A stretch of DNA of 64,000 bases from Eledone cirrhosa (lineage: Eukaryota): assembly GCA_964016885.1 (NCBI GenBank), contig OZ024753.1, forward strand, positions 43,276,001 to 43,340,000. The letters are read 5' to 3'. Below the pieces are notes generated by a model. That model searched no databases and was not told the origin of the DNA. It worked only from the letters and a program-made list of their open reading frames with translations. The position numbers and the translations under genes are program-made. Every line of letters begins with the position of its first letter. Positions within the stretch are counted from its first letter, which is position 1. This document shows, one piece after another, positions 25,257 through 40,142 of the stretch.

Positions 25257-25834
25257 ATATTTATATGTCCCAGCCTTGCAAGCAGGGAAAAGCGGACGTA
25301 AAATGATGATGATTATCAAATATGCATTGTTGAGCTTCCAAAGAACCAAACTTAGTTATTAGACGTATTTGTATCTCTTATAAATATATATGTGTATATG
25401 TATGTGTATATATAAATATATATGTGTATATATAAATATATATGTGTATATATAAATATATATGTGTATATATAAATATATATGTGTATATATATATATA
25501 TATATATGTGTATGTATGTATGTATGTATATATGTATGTATGTATATGTATGTATACGTGTGTAAATATGTATATACACATGTACTGCATGGTTAAACCA
25601 CTGGGAGTGAAGGACCCCTAGCCTTTGTCAGGGCATTCTTCTAGGAGAAGGCAACTCAGGAAACTGGGATAACTCCTATATAAAACCTGCGGCTCAGTAG
25701 TTACCGATGATGTTGATCTTTTCTTCTTTTCGGGTTATAGCTACTGTCGCTCAGAGAGTGGGATTGGCTCAGTGCAGTCTTTCCTCACTTTAAAAAAAAT
25801 CTTCACGCACAGGCATTGCACGATAGAATTAATT

Positions 25835-26020
25835 AATTGTTTCTACTATTGGCACAAGGGCAGCAATAACCCAGTACATTACTGGTACTTTATTTTATCG
25901 ACCCCCGTAAGGATGAAAGGCAAAGTTAACCTCGGTGGGATTTGAACTCAGAATGGCAAGGGCCGTAACTCTATGCGTCAAATCATGGTGTCCGACCCTC
26001 TACCGATACTGCCAATTCAC
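25835..26020 (-). mobile_element. SINE family A
   Basis: Family match. Confidence 0.9.
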
Positions 26021-26283
26021 CGACAATAAAACACACAGTCCATGCTGTAATGTGGCCGTGTAGGTAACACGGTAAAAACCTCCCAGTCCACACTGTAAAC
26101 GGGGTTGATAATTATTAATAATTGTATATCATGCAATGGCCATACTCGATAATGAGGGGGCAGCCATCGTGTATATATATGTGTATATGTATGTATATAT
26201 ATGTATGTGTGTATATATGTATATGTGTATGTATATGTATGTATATATATATGTATATGTGTATATATATGTGCATATATATA

Positions 26284-26336
<53 letters not shown>

Positions 26337-26936
26337 ATGTGTGTGTGTGTATATATATATAAGCACAAAAGATATTTTTAAACACTTGTATGTGTATATA
26401 TTTCTCTACACATATATATCAAATGTCAGTATATATATATTTATTGGTGGTAATTATGAATGATATTTACTTCATACTCTCCAATATTCTCTATATAGAC
26501 ATATTAAATATGCAAGGATTGTTTACATAAATCCATATTGAGTTATATGACACTATTGAGTTTTATAGAGAGATTTTATGTGTTTAAGAATATATTTCTA
26601 TCTAGCTGTCTGTTTGGCTGTCTGTCTGTCTGTTGTTTCTACCCTCTCAATAAAGTTACTCATTGTGTGTGTGTGTATATATATATATATATCATCATCA
26701 TCGTTTAACGTCCATTTTCCACGCTAGCATGGGTCTCGACGGGAATTGTTCCACTTGAGGCAAGATTGGTTGTCTTGCTCAGGACTGTCTGGTGGGTTTT
26801 CTACGGCTGGATGCCCTTCCTAACACCAACCACGTTTACAGTGTGGACTGGGAGGTTTTTACCGTGTTACCTACACGGCCACATTACAGCGTGGACTGTG
26901 TGTTTTATTGTCGTATATATATATATATATATGGAA

Positions 26937-27328
26937 ACACATGGCTTAGTGGTTAGAGCATTGGCCTTGCAATCGAAAGGTTGTGAGTTCAATTCTCAGA
27001 CCGGGTGATATGTTGTTTCCTTGAGCAAGACACTTTATTTCACATTGCTCCAGTTTACTCAGCTGTAGAAATGTGATGATAGGACTGGGGTCCCTATCAT
27101 TCTACTGCAAAGTGGACGTGGAGGTGTCATGGCAAAAAAGCACCCAGCACTCACTGTAAAGTGGACGTGTAGGCGCCATGGAAAAAAAAAGCACCCAGCA
27201 CTCACTGTAAATGAGGTTGGTGTTAGGAAGGGCATCCAGCTGTAGAAATCAAGCCAGAATCAGTTCCCATCCCACCCTTGCAAGCAGGGAAAAGCGGACG
27301 TAAAATGAAATGATGATGAAATGATGAT
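26937..27328 (+). mobile_element. SINE family B, full length, with an internal duplicated aaaagcacccagcactcactgtaaa unit
   Basis: A box, B box gagttcaattct, CORE-like centre and tail. Confidence 0.92.
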
Positions 27329-27348
27329 ATATAAATATATAAATAAAT

Positions 27349-27672
27349 AATATTACTTCAAAATATAAATATAGACATTCATGTGATCAAATATATTTTA
27401 TTATATATATTTCAGAGGTACTGAACTATTTCATCAGTACGTCCTCATCAGATAAAATAAATTGATGTCTGACATACCTCAACTGTGCTGATGGTTCAAT
27501 TCCAAGACTGGAATTGAACCATCAGCACAGTTTAGGTATGTCAGACATCAATTTATATATTTTATTTGATGAGGACGTACTGATGAAATAGTTCAGTACC
27601 TCTGAAATATGTATAATAAAATATATTTGATCACATGAATGTCTATATTTATTAATATTTTGAAGTAATATT
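27349..27672. repeat. Long palindrome, arms of about 155 bp, 4-nt loop
   Basis: Centre ...ggttcaattcca-agac-tggaattgaacc...; the arms differ by a few substitutions and indels. Confidence 0.95.
27394..27459 (-). ncRNA. Type I hammerhead ribozyme motif (mirror copy 27558-27623 plus, with C3U)
   Basis: UAUUUUAU-CUGAUGA-GGACGUACUGA(ugaaauagu)UCAGUACCUCU-GAAA-UAUAUA-UA^AUAAAAUA. Confidence 0.75.
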
Positions 27673-27827
27673 AACAACTCCAGAAAACTTCGTTGTTGAG
27701 TGCTTCTAATCTATTGTAAAACTTTATTCATTGATTAATCAATGAACCATGTTAAACTTTTGGTTATATATATATATATATATATATATAGATGTGAGAA
27801 AAACCACAGGCCCTCCATCTCAACTCA

Positions 27828-27865
27828 CCTTTTGAAAATCAGATGAACTGCGAAACCGGTAAAGG
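27828..27865 (+). ncRNA. Degenerate minimal hammerhead motif
   Basis: CCUU-uUGAAaA-uCAG(augaa)CUGC-GAAA-CCGG-UA^AAGG with palindromic stem III ACCGGU. Confidence 0.55.
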
Positions 27866-28081
27866 AACCAAATAAATATATATATTTAAAAAAAAATAAG
27901 ACTCCAGTTGCATTTTCGATTTCATCTTTTTTCTTTATACTTTCACTCATGGAGGACACCTCGGTTATTTTTTTGTCGTGACACCTACACGATCTCATTT
28001 GTTTCGGCCTGGATGTTGTGGCACCAACATAACTTTACATTGAAAGGGGCGGTGTGGATAGGGTGGGGGAGGTGGGACGCG

Positions 28082-28120
<39 letters not shown>

Positions 28121-28216
28121 TGTGTGTGTGTGTGTATATGTGTGTGTGTATATATATATATATATATAAATGTGTGTGTGTGTATGTGTGTGTATATATA
28201 TATATATATATGTATA

Positions 28217-28268
<52 letters not shown>

Positions 28269-28280
28269 TGTGTGTGTGTG

Positions 28281-28335
<55 letters not shown>

Positions 28336-29990
28336 GTGGTATAAACTACCTCTTGGCAGCATTCATATCAGACATAAGAAAGATACTGGCCTGTAGAATT
28401 TGCAGTAGCAGTCATAGGAATGGTTTTTAATTTAGGCACAAGACCAGTAATTCCTTTCTTTTGGGGTGGGATGGGAGTAGAGAGATTATATAGACCCCAA
28501 TACATAACTGGTACATTATTTTATTGACCCCGAAAGGATGAAAATTAAAATTATATTTGACCATGGTAGGATTTGAACTCAGAAAGTAAATATTTGAATC
28601 AAATACCTGAAAGCATTCTGTCGGATGTTTTAACAATTCTGCCAATAAGAACAATACAAGGCTCTAGATTCAAATGATGTATTTATTTGAAAGTTTAATT
28701 AAATTAATTAAATTGATGTGAGGAATTAACGAAAGAGAGAAACACAGAACAAGGTATAATTTCCGCCCAAGTTAGAAAACTCTCTCTCTCTCTCTCTCTC
28801 GGAGAGAGAAAAAAGAAGGTAGTTGTTAGAACTTTTAACACTGGCCCTATAATGTGAATAAAAAAGAAACTTCTACTAATGTAGAAATATTTAATCCCAT
28901 CATTGTTTTAATTCTTCTGGCTATAAAACTTCCTTTATATTAAAAAAAACTCCTGCTTAGATATAGCCTTTGTCGCTACAGCCTAATTAACAGAAATCTT
29001 CATGGGAAACATCTTTGGTTGGTTTTATTTTTTGCTTTGGTTTTTTGGCAAATTTCAAGATTTCTCGAGATATTTATTTAATAATAATACAAAAAAAAAA
29101 AAAAATTAAGAAAAATGCTTCTACGTTTGTCTTGAATCATCTCTGGGAGGTGATGTTGTGACATGTTCATTAAGGTACCGTATGTAGAAGAGCATAAAAT
29201 AGGAAGAATAAGGATATTGGATATTCCATACTGAAAAAAAACAACCACCACAAAAAACAGCAATCTTTAATAGCCTGCATAGTCAAGAATTCAAGCCAGG
29301 AGCAATCTTTATCTGAACAGAATTATAAAAAAAATTTTGAATTCCCTTCTTAATTATTTTTACAAAGAATTTTTCATTGATAAGACAGGAAACCCATTTT
29401 TGTTATCTCTTTTTTTTTTTTGTTCTAGTTTTTATTTTTTATTTCAAGGAAAATGAATCTGATTCAGACAAAATAAAAATAATGCTAGATTGCATCTAGA
29501 GTTTAACTCATGAGAACAGTGGGATATTTTATTTTCTATATTTAAATCTACCTCCAAGTAGATGGAAGTACAACTTCATCATTTCAAAAGTTCAATTAAT
29601 TTTTCACTCTCTATCCCAAAAGCCTCTGCAATTTCTCCTTGAACATTCATCTTAATTGTATGGACATAACATTTTCACTAAATCATTTGCTTGTTTCCTC
29701 CCAAGTTTTTAGCATTTTCTCAGTTGCTGCTGAACTAAAATATCTTGTAGCTTCCCTATAACCATATTCTTTCATGCAAGCTACAACATTGAACAGTCCT
29801 TTTGACACCAACCTGCCCGAAACTGGCTCTTTTACCTTTTAGCATTTAAACTGGCTGTATCCGGTCAGAATTCTCTCAGCTCTATCTGTTCAAACTGGCC
29901 ATAACTGGCTGCTCACACAGACATTAAGGTATCCCGTTAAGGGTGAAAGCAGCGATTCTTTGCTTAAACTTTAATCTGTTATTTTAATGT

Positions 29991-30023
<33 letters not shown>

Positions 30024-30752
30024 AATGAGGTTGGTGTTAGGAAGGGCATCCAGCTGTAAAAATCAAGCCAGAATCAGTTCCCGTCCCACCCTTGCAAGCA
30101 GGGAAAAGCGGACGTAAAATGAAATGATGAAATGAAATGATGAAATGAAATGATGATATATACCTATCAAAATGCAATCAGTAATGTTTAAGATCAGTAT
30201 TATAGTTTTTCAAGTTAATTATATTACTAAATCTCTACAAATTCCTGATTATTCACAAAATTATTTTGAAAAAAATTTTAAATATGGCAAGTGAAGGGTT
30301 AATATTAACATTTTTTATTAATGTAAAAAGATAAAGAAAAAAGAATCGCAACTTGGTAAAACTTTGCTAACTTTCTGTTCCGCTTAAGTTTATATCAAAA
30401 CTCAGCTTATTATATGAAACTGATAACAAGCAGATTTTTGTTAGTTTGACTTTCTTCTTCTTTCTTTTTGTAGCTTTAACATCTCCAGGCAAACTGTGGA
30501 AATGTCCTACAATAAGCCAATTTGTTTAAAGCAACAATGAAGAAAGTGACTTTGTACCTCATCTTTTCTATAATTATATATATATACTCACACATATATA
30601 TGTATAAATATATATATATATGGATATATATATTATATATAGATATATGGATATATATATTATATATAGATATATGGATATATATATTATATATAGATAT
30701 ATGGATATATATATTATATAAATTATATGTATCTATATCTATATATATTATG

Positions 30753-30787
<35 letters not shown>

Positions 30788-30826
30788 TTTTGTGTGTGAT
30801 TGTATATATATATTTAAATATATATT

Positions 30827-30866
<40 letters not shown>

Positions 30867-30989
30867 GCTTTATATTTAAAGCTGTTCCTCCTTACTACTA
30901 CCACCACCACCACCACCACTACTACCACTACTACTACATGTATTTTCTATTCACGCTTGCACTGCTCTGTTTTCTCTATATAGTTTTTA

Positions 30990-31551
30990 CGATAATATAT
31001 TTTTGCTTGACCAGCTCAGAATCATGCAGTTCACTGACTTATGCCAAAGCTATTTCCTTCAGTTCCAACCAATTCTTGTTTTCTTTTCAAAAGACTTATT
31101 GATTCTATTGATTTTAGTGTTGATATTTTTACTCAATCAAATCAAGTCTTGGAATAATACATATAAGATTAAGAACTTTTATTTCTTCTGTGATAGCCAA
31201 AACAGTTTACCTCTATAAATATAGTTCAACATGTATATATCTTTTTGTGTGGGTGTTTCTGTAAATTTGTGTCTGTGTAGGTATATATGTGTATGTATGT
31301 TTGTGTGTGTTTATGTGCACATATATATATATATATGTGAGTATGTATGTGTGTGTGTATATATATATGAGTATATATTTATATATATGAGTATGTGTGA
31401 GTATATATATATATATGTATGAGTATGTGTGTGAGTATATATATATATATGTGTGTGTATGTATATATATATGAGTATATATTTATATATATGAGTATGT
31501 GTGTGAGTATATATATATATGTGTGAGTATATATATATATGTGTGTGTATG

Positions 31552-31582
<31 letters not shown>

Positions 31583-31736
31583 ATATATATGTATGTGTGA
31601 GTACATATATATATATATATGTGTGTGTATATATGTGTGTGTGTGTATATATATATATGTGTGTGTATATATGTGTGTGTGTGTATATATATATATATAT
31701 GTGTGTGTATATATATATATATATGTATGTGTGTGA

Positions 31737-31770
<34 letters not shown>

Positions 31771-32122
31771 GTGTTTATATGTATATATGTGTATTTATAT
31801 ATATAGTGTTTGTGCAAGTATGTCTGTACAGATGTCTGTGTTTGTTCATGTGTGTGCATATGTGTGTCTGTCTATTTGTGTATGCTTGTGTACCTGTATG
31901 TGTGTGTATTCAATAAACCTTGTTTTCATTGTAGCTGTGAATATTAAGTCATTTACATTAATTGTCGAAGTAAGCATTTTACAGCTGGGTGCTCCTTTTT
32001 AAATATTACTTGTTGAACCATGGAATTGAAGAAACTGCCTGTTTTCTAGCCAGGGTAAATACTGTAAGTCGAGTGGATATGTTTTAGCTGAAGTATATAT
32101 ATATATACACACACACAGCTAT

Positions 32123-32156
<34 letters not shown>

Positions 32157-32193
32157 ATATATACACACACACACTCTCGCATACACAGCTATG

Positions 32194-32235
<42 letters not shown>

Positions 32236-32314
32236 CATAGCTATATATATGTATATATACATATACATAGCTATATATATGTATATATATATAGCTATGT
32301 ACATAAATATATAC

Positions 32315-32349
<35 letters not shown>

Positions 32350-32660
32350 GCTATATACATATACATATATATATAGAGCTATATACATATACATATATAT
32401 ATATATATATAGAGCTATATACATATACATATATATATATATACATATATATATACATGTATGTATACATATATATATTCATACATATATATATATATAC
32501 ATGTATGTATATATATATAGAGCTATATACATATACATATATATATATACATGTATGTATACATATATATATACATGTATGTATATATATATATAGCTAT
32601 ATACATATATAAATATATATATATATATATACATACATATTTATATATACATATATATAA
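30990..32660. repeat. Region dominated by (TA/TG)n microsatellite complexes
   Basis: Seen directly at 31320-31805 and 32095-32660. Confidence 0.8.
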
Positions 32661-32789
32661 AAGACATCACTTATAGTTAAGATTGTATTCCACTTTTCTA
32701 GCAATTTACTTCTCATACTTTAAAGATATATTTTCCTGTGTTTATTTTTCCATTCATTAGCTGAGTTGAAACTATCACCTAAATTTGTG

Positions 32790-33290
32790 AAGGTGCTTGG
32801 CTTAATGGTTTGGGTTTCATTCCTGAATTGGGTGGTACCTCATGTTTTTGAGCAAAATACTTAATTTCCCATTGCTTTTACAATAGGGCTGGGGCCCTCT
32901 ATTATTTAAACACCTAAGAAACCTAAGATCCAACATTGTACAAGGCCAGCTAAACCTCCGTAGGTGTGAGCTCTAACAAAAACCATGATAGGACTGGAAC
33001 CTTTATATTTAAAACACCCAAGAAACTTCCTATCCTATGAGACATATTTATAAAACTGGAGGCCAGCTAAAGTTTCACAGGTGTGGACAATAACAAGAAG
33101 TTAATAGGACCAGGCCCTCTATCATTAAAATATCCCCCAAATCTCTTATGAGATACCAGGCCAGCTAAACCTACATAGGTGTGAGATGTAGTAAGATGAT
33201 GGACTGAAGTCCTTGTTATTAAAACATATAAGAGCCCTCCCATGAGATGCAACCTTACAGGAGGTCAGCTAAAGGTACATAGGTGGGAAC
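32790..33290 (+). mobile_element. Old SINE family C with about 4 tandem, diverged 110-bp tail units (also 52640-53135, 56860-57125, head at 63865-64000)
   Basis: Repeated atagg-ctgg...aaaacacccaagaaac...gccagctaaacct-cataggtgtgag. Confidence 0.65.
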
Positions 33291-33427
33291 TGTCATATTT
33301 CTATTAGAGGAAGATACATTTTCTTCATGCCTGTAACATATGTGTATATATTGTGATGTGTAAGACATTACACATTTGTTCTGAACAAAAGGATGGTGAT
33401 GGTCATTTAAAATACACAGCGTATTGA

Positions 33428-33942
33428 GGCACATAGCTTAGTGGTTAGAGCATTGGGCTTGCAATCGAAAAGTTGTGAGTTCAATTCTCAGACCAGGTGA
33501 TGTGTTGTTTCCTTGAGCAAGACACTTTATTTCACATTGCTCCAGTTTACTCAGCTGTAGAAATGAGATGATAGAGACTAGGGTCCCTATCATTCCACTG
33601 TAAAGTGGTCGTGGAGGTGCCACAGCAAAAAAGCACCCAGCACTCACTGTAAATGAGGTTGGTGTTAGGAAGGGCATCCAGCTGTAGAAATCAAGCCAGA
33701 ATCAGTTCCCGTCCCACCCTTGCAAGCAGGGAAAAGTGGACGTAAAATGATGATGATAAAGGTGGTGGATTGGCAATATCGGATGCCATGTCATGCAGCA
33801 AAGAGTTACGGCCCTTTATGGTTTGAGTTCAAATCCTGCCGAGTTTAACTTTGCCTTTCATCCTTACGGGGGTCAATAAAATACAGTACCAGTAATGTAC
33901 TGGAATAATTGCTGGCTTTGTGCCCAAAGTAGAAACAATTAT
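33428..33942 (+). mobile_element. SINE-B immediately followed by SINE-A
   Basis: B at 33428-33757; A at 33760-33942 inserted in the (GAT)n tail of B. Confidence 0.9.
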
Positions 33943-34050
33943 TGTTTGATATAAATCTCACGAATGCATTTACGTATCTGCCATATTAGAGCGAAAAACT
34001 AAATTCTAACAATGGTAGTGTCTTTTGTTAGAAATATTGAAATGAAGGGG

Positions 34051-34277
34051 TTAATTCTTTGGCATTTAAACCAGCTGTATCTGGCCAGAATTCTCTCACA
34101 TCTTTCTGTTCAAACCGACATTAACCAGCTGCTTATACTTATATTAAGGTATTGTTCCTAAAATAAATATCAAAATCTCATAGATTCGATATTATGTGAC
34201 ATAATTATGTGAGATAAAGTGTTTACTGTGAAAATAGAATAGTATATATAAAGTAATGTAAACACTAAAGGGTTAAG
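34051..34277 (+). mobile_element. TTAA-flanked MITE family M2 (copies 29830-29930, 49247-49647, 52104-52516)
   Basis: ttaattctttggcatttaaacc...ctggccagaattctctcac...aaacactaaagggttaa. Confidence 0.7.
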
Positions 34278-34716
34278 ATGATACATCATATTCTCAAATA
34301 TATACTGGGAATCAGAATATATTAAAAAAAAATATAATGTTTACTGAAAATTTGGCAGCTGTGAATTGGAAAAACGGCTGGACTGATTGTTGTGTAGAAT
34401 TTATGTGGAATGTCTGCATTCTTTCTCTTGTACATAAGATGTTGAGCCAGCTGTTTACCATTTTCTAACAGAAAACAATACATATATGTATGAATATATA
34501 AATATGTATATAATGTATGTAGGTAGGTTTGTAGGCATGTATGTGTGCAAGTGTTGGTACATATACAATGTATATATATATATATATATATAGATATGTT
34601 TTGTCCTGGGTTCAATCGGGAGTATACACAGTAAGGTACTCAATACATAACAAAGTATAAATATTTAATATAGAAATGGCTTCTACAGGACTAGAACTGT
34701 TTCATTCGGGAGAAAT

Positions 34717-34747
<31 letters not shown>

Positions 34748-35616
34748 GATAATAAGGGCGCTGCGGAGTTGCAAATGGGTTACATATGAAAAAAGTTTGT
34801 CCTTCATCAGTGATCTTCCAACCATCATAGGTATTTCATCGCTTTAAAGACCATATACCTCTGGTTGGTGCGAGCAACGGCTAAAAAAAGTCGTTGGGAC
34901 ACGTAAATAAAGGGGACGCGAGGGTAAACAAACAAAATGGTGAAGCAACAGAAAGTGAGGAAGAAAGAGACAAGTCCCAGATTTCTATGAATTTAAGTTT
35001 GGTGAAATCGTGAACGAGAGAATAAAGACCATCAAACCTGGTTGAAATGTGAGCAAGGAAGGAATTTCGCACAGGTCTATATATATATATATATGTGACC
35101 GTGTAGGCAACACGGTAAAAACGTCCCAGTCCCACACTGTAAATGTGGTTGGTGTTAGGAAGGGCATCCAGCTGTAGAAAACCTGCCAGACAGTCCACGC
35201 TGTAATGTGGCCGTGTAGGCAACACGGTAAAAACCTCCCAGCCCCACACTGTAAATGTGGTTGGTGTTAGGAAGGGCATCCAACTGTAGAAAACCCGCCA
35301 GACAGTCCTATGCGAGCAAGACAACCACTCTTGCCTCAAGTGGGAAAACTCCCGTCCAAACCCATGCAAGCATGGAACACGGACGTTAAACGATGATGAT
35401 GATGATGATGATGAGAGATAGAGAGAGAGTATGTATGTGAAAGAGTAAAGAATAACATGGTGGGCTCTACAAAAAGGGTTTTATTTACAGTATTAACAAA
35501 TGTGTCATTGATAAGGAAACCTCTTGTTGAGTCAACCAACGCCGTACGTTAAAACTATCCTCAGTACAAAGTACTCAAAACCTCTAACTGGATTACTTTA
35601 AATGATAACTTATCCC

Positions 35617-35650
<34 letters not shown>

Positions 35651-35809
35651 GTGTGTGTGTGTGTGTAATTGGGTATATGTGTGCCTTAGGTATATGTGTG
35701 CCTATGGGACTTGAGTATATGAAATTTGAAATCAGAATATAGGGAGCTGAGAAGAAATACTGAAGTGTTTTTAATCTGATGGTTCAACACTTTGACAGTT
35801 TGATGTCTT

Positions 35810-35817
35810 ACATATGT

Positions 35818-35872
<55 letters not shown>

Positions 35873-36149
35873 CACTCACACACACACACACATGTATGCA
35901 TATATATATGCATACATACATACATATATATGTATGCATACATACATATATATATATATGCATACATATATATATATATATATGCATACATATATATATA
36001 TATGCATACATACATATATATATATGCATACATATATATATATGCATATATATATATATATATATATATGCATATATATATATGCATACATACATATATA
36101 TATATGCATACATATATATATATGCATACATACATATATATATATATAC

Positions 36150-36188
<39 letters not shown>

Positions 36189-36309
36189 CATACATATACA
36201 GATAATTCTCTGTGTAAGTATGTGTATATATATATATATATGTGTGTGTGTGTATATATATATACATACAGATAATGTCTCTGTGTATGTGTATATATAT
36301 ATATGTGTG

Positions 36310-36345
<36 letters not shown>

Positions 36346-37718
36346 CATACAGATAATGTCTCTGTGTAGGTATGTGTATATATATATATATACATACATA
36401 CATTCATATATACATACACATACCTACACACACACACACACATTAGCTGTGCGTGTGTTCTCTCTCTCTTGAAGAGGCTAAAATGAATAAATAAATAAAT
36501 AAATAAATAAATAAAATGTTTGATTGTTTGATTGGTAATATAAAAGAATGACGACTTTCAGGATAGAAATATGGTTGGCATTAGTCAGATGCAGATAAAC
36601 CTAATAATATTATAATTATTATTAACTTTAAAAAGCCTGTTTGTAACAATGATTTGTAGGAAGGGAGAAAAACTGATGTTAAAATGTTGTACAGTCAATT
36701 GCTTTCTCGGTAACAGCTAGGGAAAAAAATAATAATAAAAATAATATTGAAGAATATTGAAGAATGTTGAAGAAAAATTGCAATAAAAATCTCTCTCTGT
36801 GGAGAGAGAAAGTAATTTTATTATGTCTTATTCTTCTGTGAATGACATGGTTACTGATTCAGTGAACATATTTGATTTATTCATAGCAAATCGAGTTATG
36901 AGCGTATGTACCTTCATTTTTGCAAACTTTATTCTTTACCTGACATGTTTCAATGTAGATGTTCTACCTACTATTAAATTTATTATTTCGTGGGAACTAG
37001 AAGGGGGGAGGAGGGGAAGGTAATGGAGGGGTGGGGGTGGGGGAATCAAGTAGCGTCAAGAAATCTTAAAAATGTGTACATATATATATATGTGCATATT
37101 TATGTATATGTATATATGTGCATATTAATGTATATATATATGTATATATATATATGTGTATTAATGTATATATATGTATATATATATATATATGTGTATT
37201 AATGTATATATATGTATATATATATGTGTGTGTGTGTATATATGAGTGTGTGTATATATATATATGTGTGTGTGTGTATATATGTGTGTGTATATATATG
37301 TGTGTGTATATATATATGTGTGTATATATATATGTGCGTATATATATGTGTATATATATATATGTGTATATATATATATGTGTGTATATATATATATGTG
37401 TGTATATATATATATGTGTGTATATATATATATGTGTATATATATATATATGTGTATATATATATATATGTGTATATATATATATATGTGTATATATATA
37501 TATATGTGTATATATATATATATATATGTGTATATATATATATATATGTGTATATATATATATATGTGTGTATATATATATATATATGTGTATATATATA
37601 TATATATGTGTATATATATATATATGTGTGTATATATATATATATGTGTGTATATATATATATGTGTGTATATATATATATATGTGTATATATATATATG
37701 TGTTTGTGTGTGTATATG

Positions 37719-37751
<33 letters not shown>

Positions 37752-38296
37752 ATATATAATAAAAAAGAACAAATAAAAATAAAAGCAACACAAAAAATAT
37801 CTATAACCCTTCTTCACTGTAACATTTTGTGTTTCATTTTAAATACAATATTCTTATTTCATAGAGAAAATATTAGGAGTACTGGTTCTGTTGAACAGCA
37901 GGGCTTGGCAATCAAAAATTTTGCCCAGAATTGAAACGGCATAAGTAAAATGAAATATAGTATTTTTCTAATTCCAGTTTTTTTCTCTCTTAATTTAGAC
38001 TGCAATTTCTTTTTCTCTCAGTAATATATTGATATATTTGAAAAATGCTGGCATTTTCATGAATTCTGTTAGTAGTAAAAATCTACATACTTTTATTTTA
38101 TATATATATATATATATATTTATATTTGTATATATATATATATATATTTGTGTGTATATATATATATATATTTGTGTGTATATGTATATATATATATTTG
38201 TGTGTGATATATATATATATACAAATATATATATATATACAAATATATATATATATATTTGTATATATATATATTTGTATATATATATATATATTT

Positions 38297-38341
<45 letters not shown>

Positions 38342-38850
38342 TTTATTTATATATATATATTTATTTATATATATATATATTTATTTATATATATATATAT
38401 ATTTGTATTTATATATATATATTTATTTATATATATATATTTATTTATATATATATATATATTTGTATATATATATATATATATTTGTATTTATATATAT
38501 ATATTTATTTATATATATATATTTATTTATATATATATATTTATTTATATATATATATATATTTGTATATATATATATATATTTGTATATATATATATAT
38601 ATTTGTATATATATATATATATTTGTATATATATATATATATTTGTATATATATATATATATTTGTATATATATATATATATTTGTATATATATATATAT
38701 TTGTATATATATATATATTTGTATATATATATATATTTGTATATATATATATATTTGTATATATGTATATATATATTTGTATATATGTATATATATATTT
38801 GTATATATATATTTATATATATATATATATACACATTATATATTATTTTT
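35810..38850. repeat. Three large (TA)n-derived microsatellite complexes (35810-36440, 37075-37760, 38100-38850)
   Basis: Seen directly. Confidence 0.9.
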
Positions 38851-39139
38851 TCTTCTCCTGTCTATCCTTCCAGCATATAGTAGGCAGAGACATTAATCTA
38901 ATAAATATATATCTGGTGGAATTTGAAAATAGTTGAGCATTATTGGTGTAGGCATGGCTGTCTGGTTAAGATATTTGCTTTTGTAAACCATATGGGTCTG
39001 TGTTCAATTCCACAAAATATCACATTGGGAGAGTGTTTGCAACCATAACTATAGCTGCAAATTGACCAGTACTCTGTGAGGAGATCTTAGTAAATGGAAT
39101 CTATACAAGCAACTATATATATATAGATATATATATATA

Positions 39140-39483
39140 TCATCATCATTCATCGTCATTTCATTTTACGTCCAATTTTTCCCTGCTTGCAAGGGTGGGA
39201 TGGGAACTGATTCTGGCTTGATTTCTACAGCTGGATGCCCTTCCTAACACCAACCTCATTTACAGTGAGTGCTGGGTGCTTTTTAGCCGTGGCACCTCCA
39301 CGACCACTTTGCAGTGGAATGATAGGGACCCCAATCCCTATCATCTCATTTCTACAGCTGAGTAACCTGGAGCAATGTGAAATAGTGTCTTGCTCAAGGA
39401 AACAACACATCACCCGGTCTGTGAATTGAACTCACAACCTTTCGATTGCAAGGCCAATGCTCTAACCACTAAGCCATGTGCCT
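39140..39483 (-). mobile_element. SINE family B, full length
   Basis: Reverse complement of 33428-33757. Confidence 0.92.
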
Positions 39484-40105
39484 CCATATATATATATATC
39501 ATCATCATCTACGTTTAACGTCCATTTTCCACGCTATATATATATATATGCACACACACACACACACTGTAGTATGAATTTGGTAGAAATATCGAAGGGT
39601 AAGAGCACTCAGTCCATATGACTATTTATGTATAATTCATGTCACAGTTGTAACTAATATACATGAGGGGCTCATTCTACTGACATGGCTTTAAAAAAGA
39701 GGCTGTTTGCATAATTGCAGACGAATCGAATTTTATTATTAATATTCAAAAAACTCGGATTATATTTATATATATATATATATATTTATATATTATGTAT
39801 GTATATATATATATATATATATATACATACATACTACTGTACGTCTGTATACATATATGCATGTAGGTGTGCATACTTATATATATATATATATATATGT
39901 ACACCTACATACATATATGTATACAGACGTATAGTAGTATGTATGTATATATATATATACATACATGAACACATATATATATGTACGTATGGATTCACCG
40001 AACATTTATTATAATGCTCGGTGTGTTTGTAAACAAACATCCTGTATTAAGCCGTAGTGTCTAGCAACCATCGTTGCTCGTTTGTTCAACACTGACAAAG
40101 GAATG

Positions 40106-40142
40106 CTGTACTAGTTTCAAGCTTATTAGCTATCGTCAGCAA
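40106..40142 (-). ncRNA. Minimal type I hammerhead ribozyme motif
   Basis: UUG-CUGACGA-uAGCU(aaua)AGCUu-GAAA-CUAG-UA^CAG with palindromic stem III ACUAGU. Confidence 0.7.

Noticed and set aside
34765-34815. CUGAUGAAGGAC on the minus strand as a hammerhead
   Set aside because: No stem II partner or GAAA box follows; the homologue at about 16050 reads CUGACAA.
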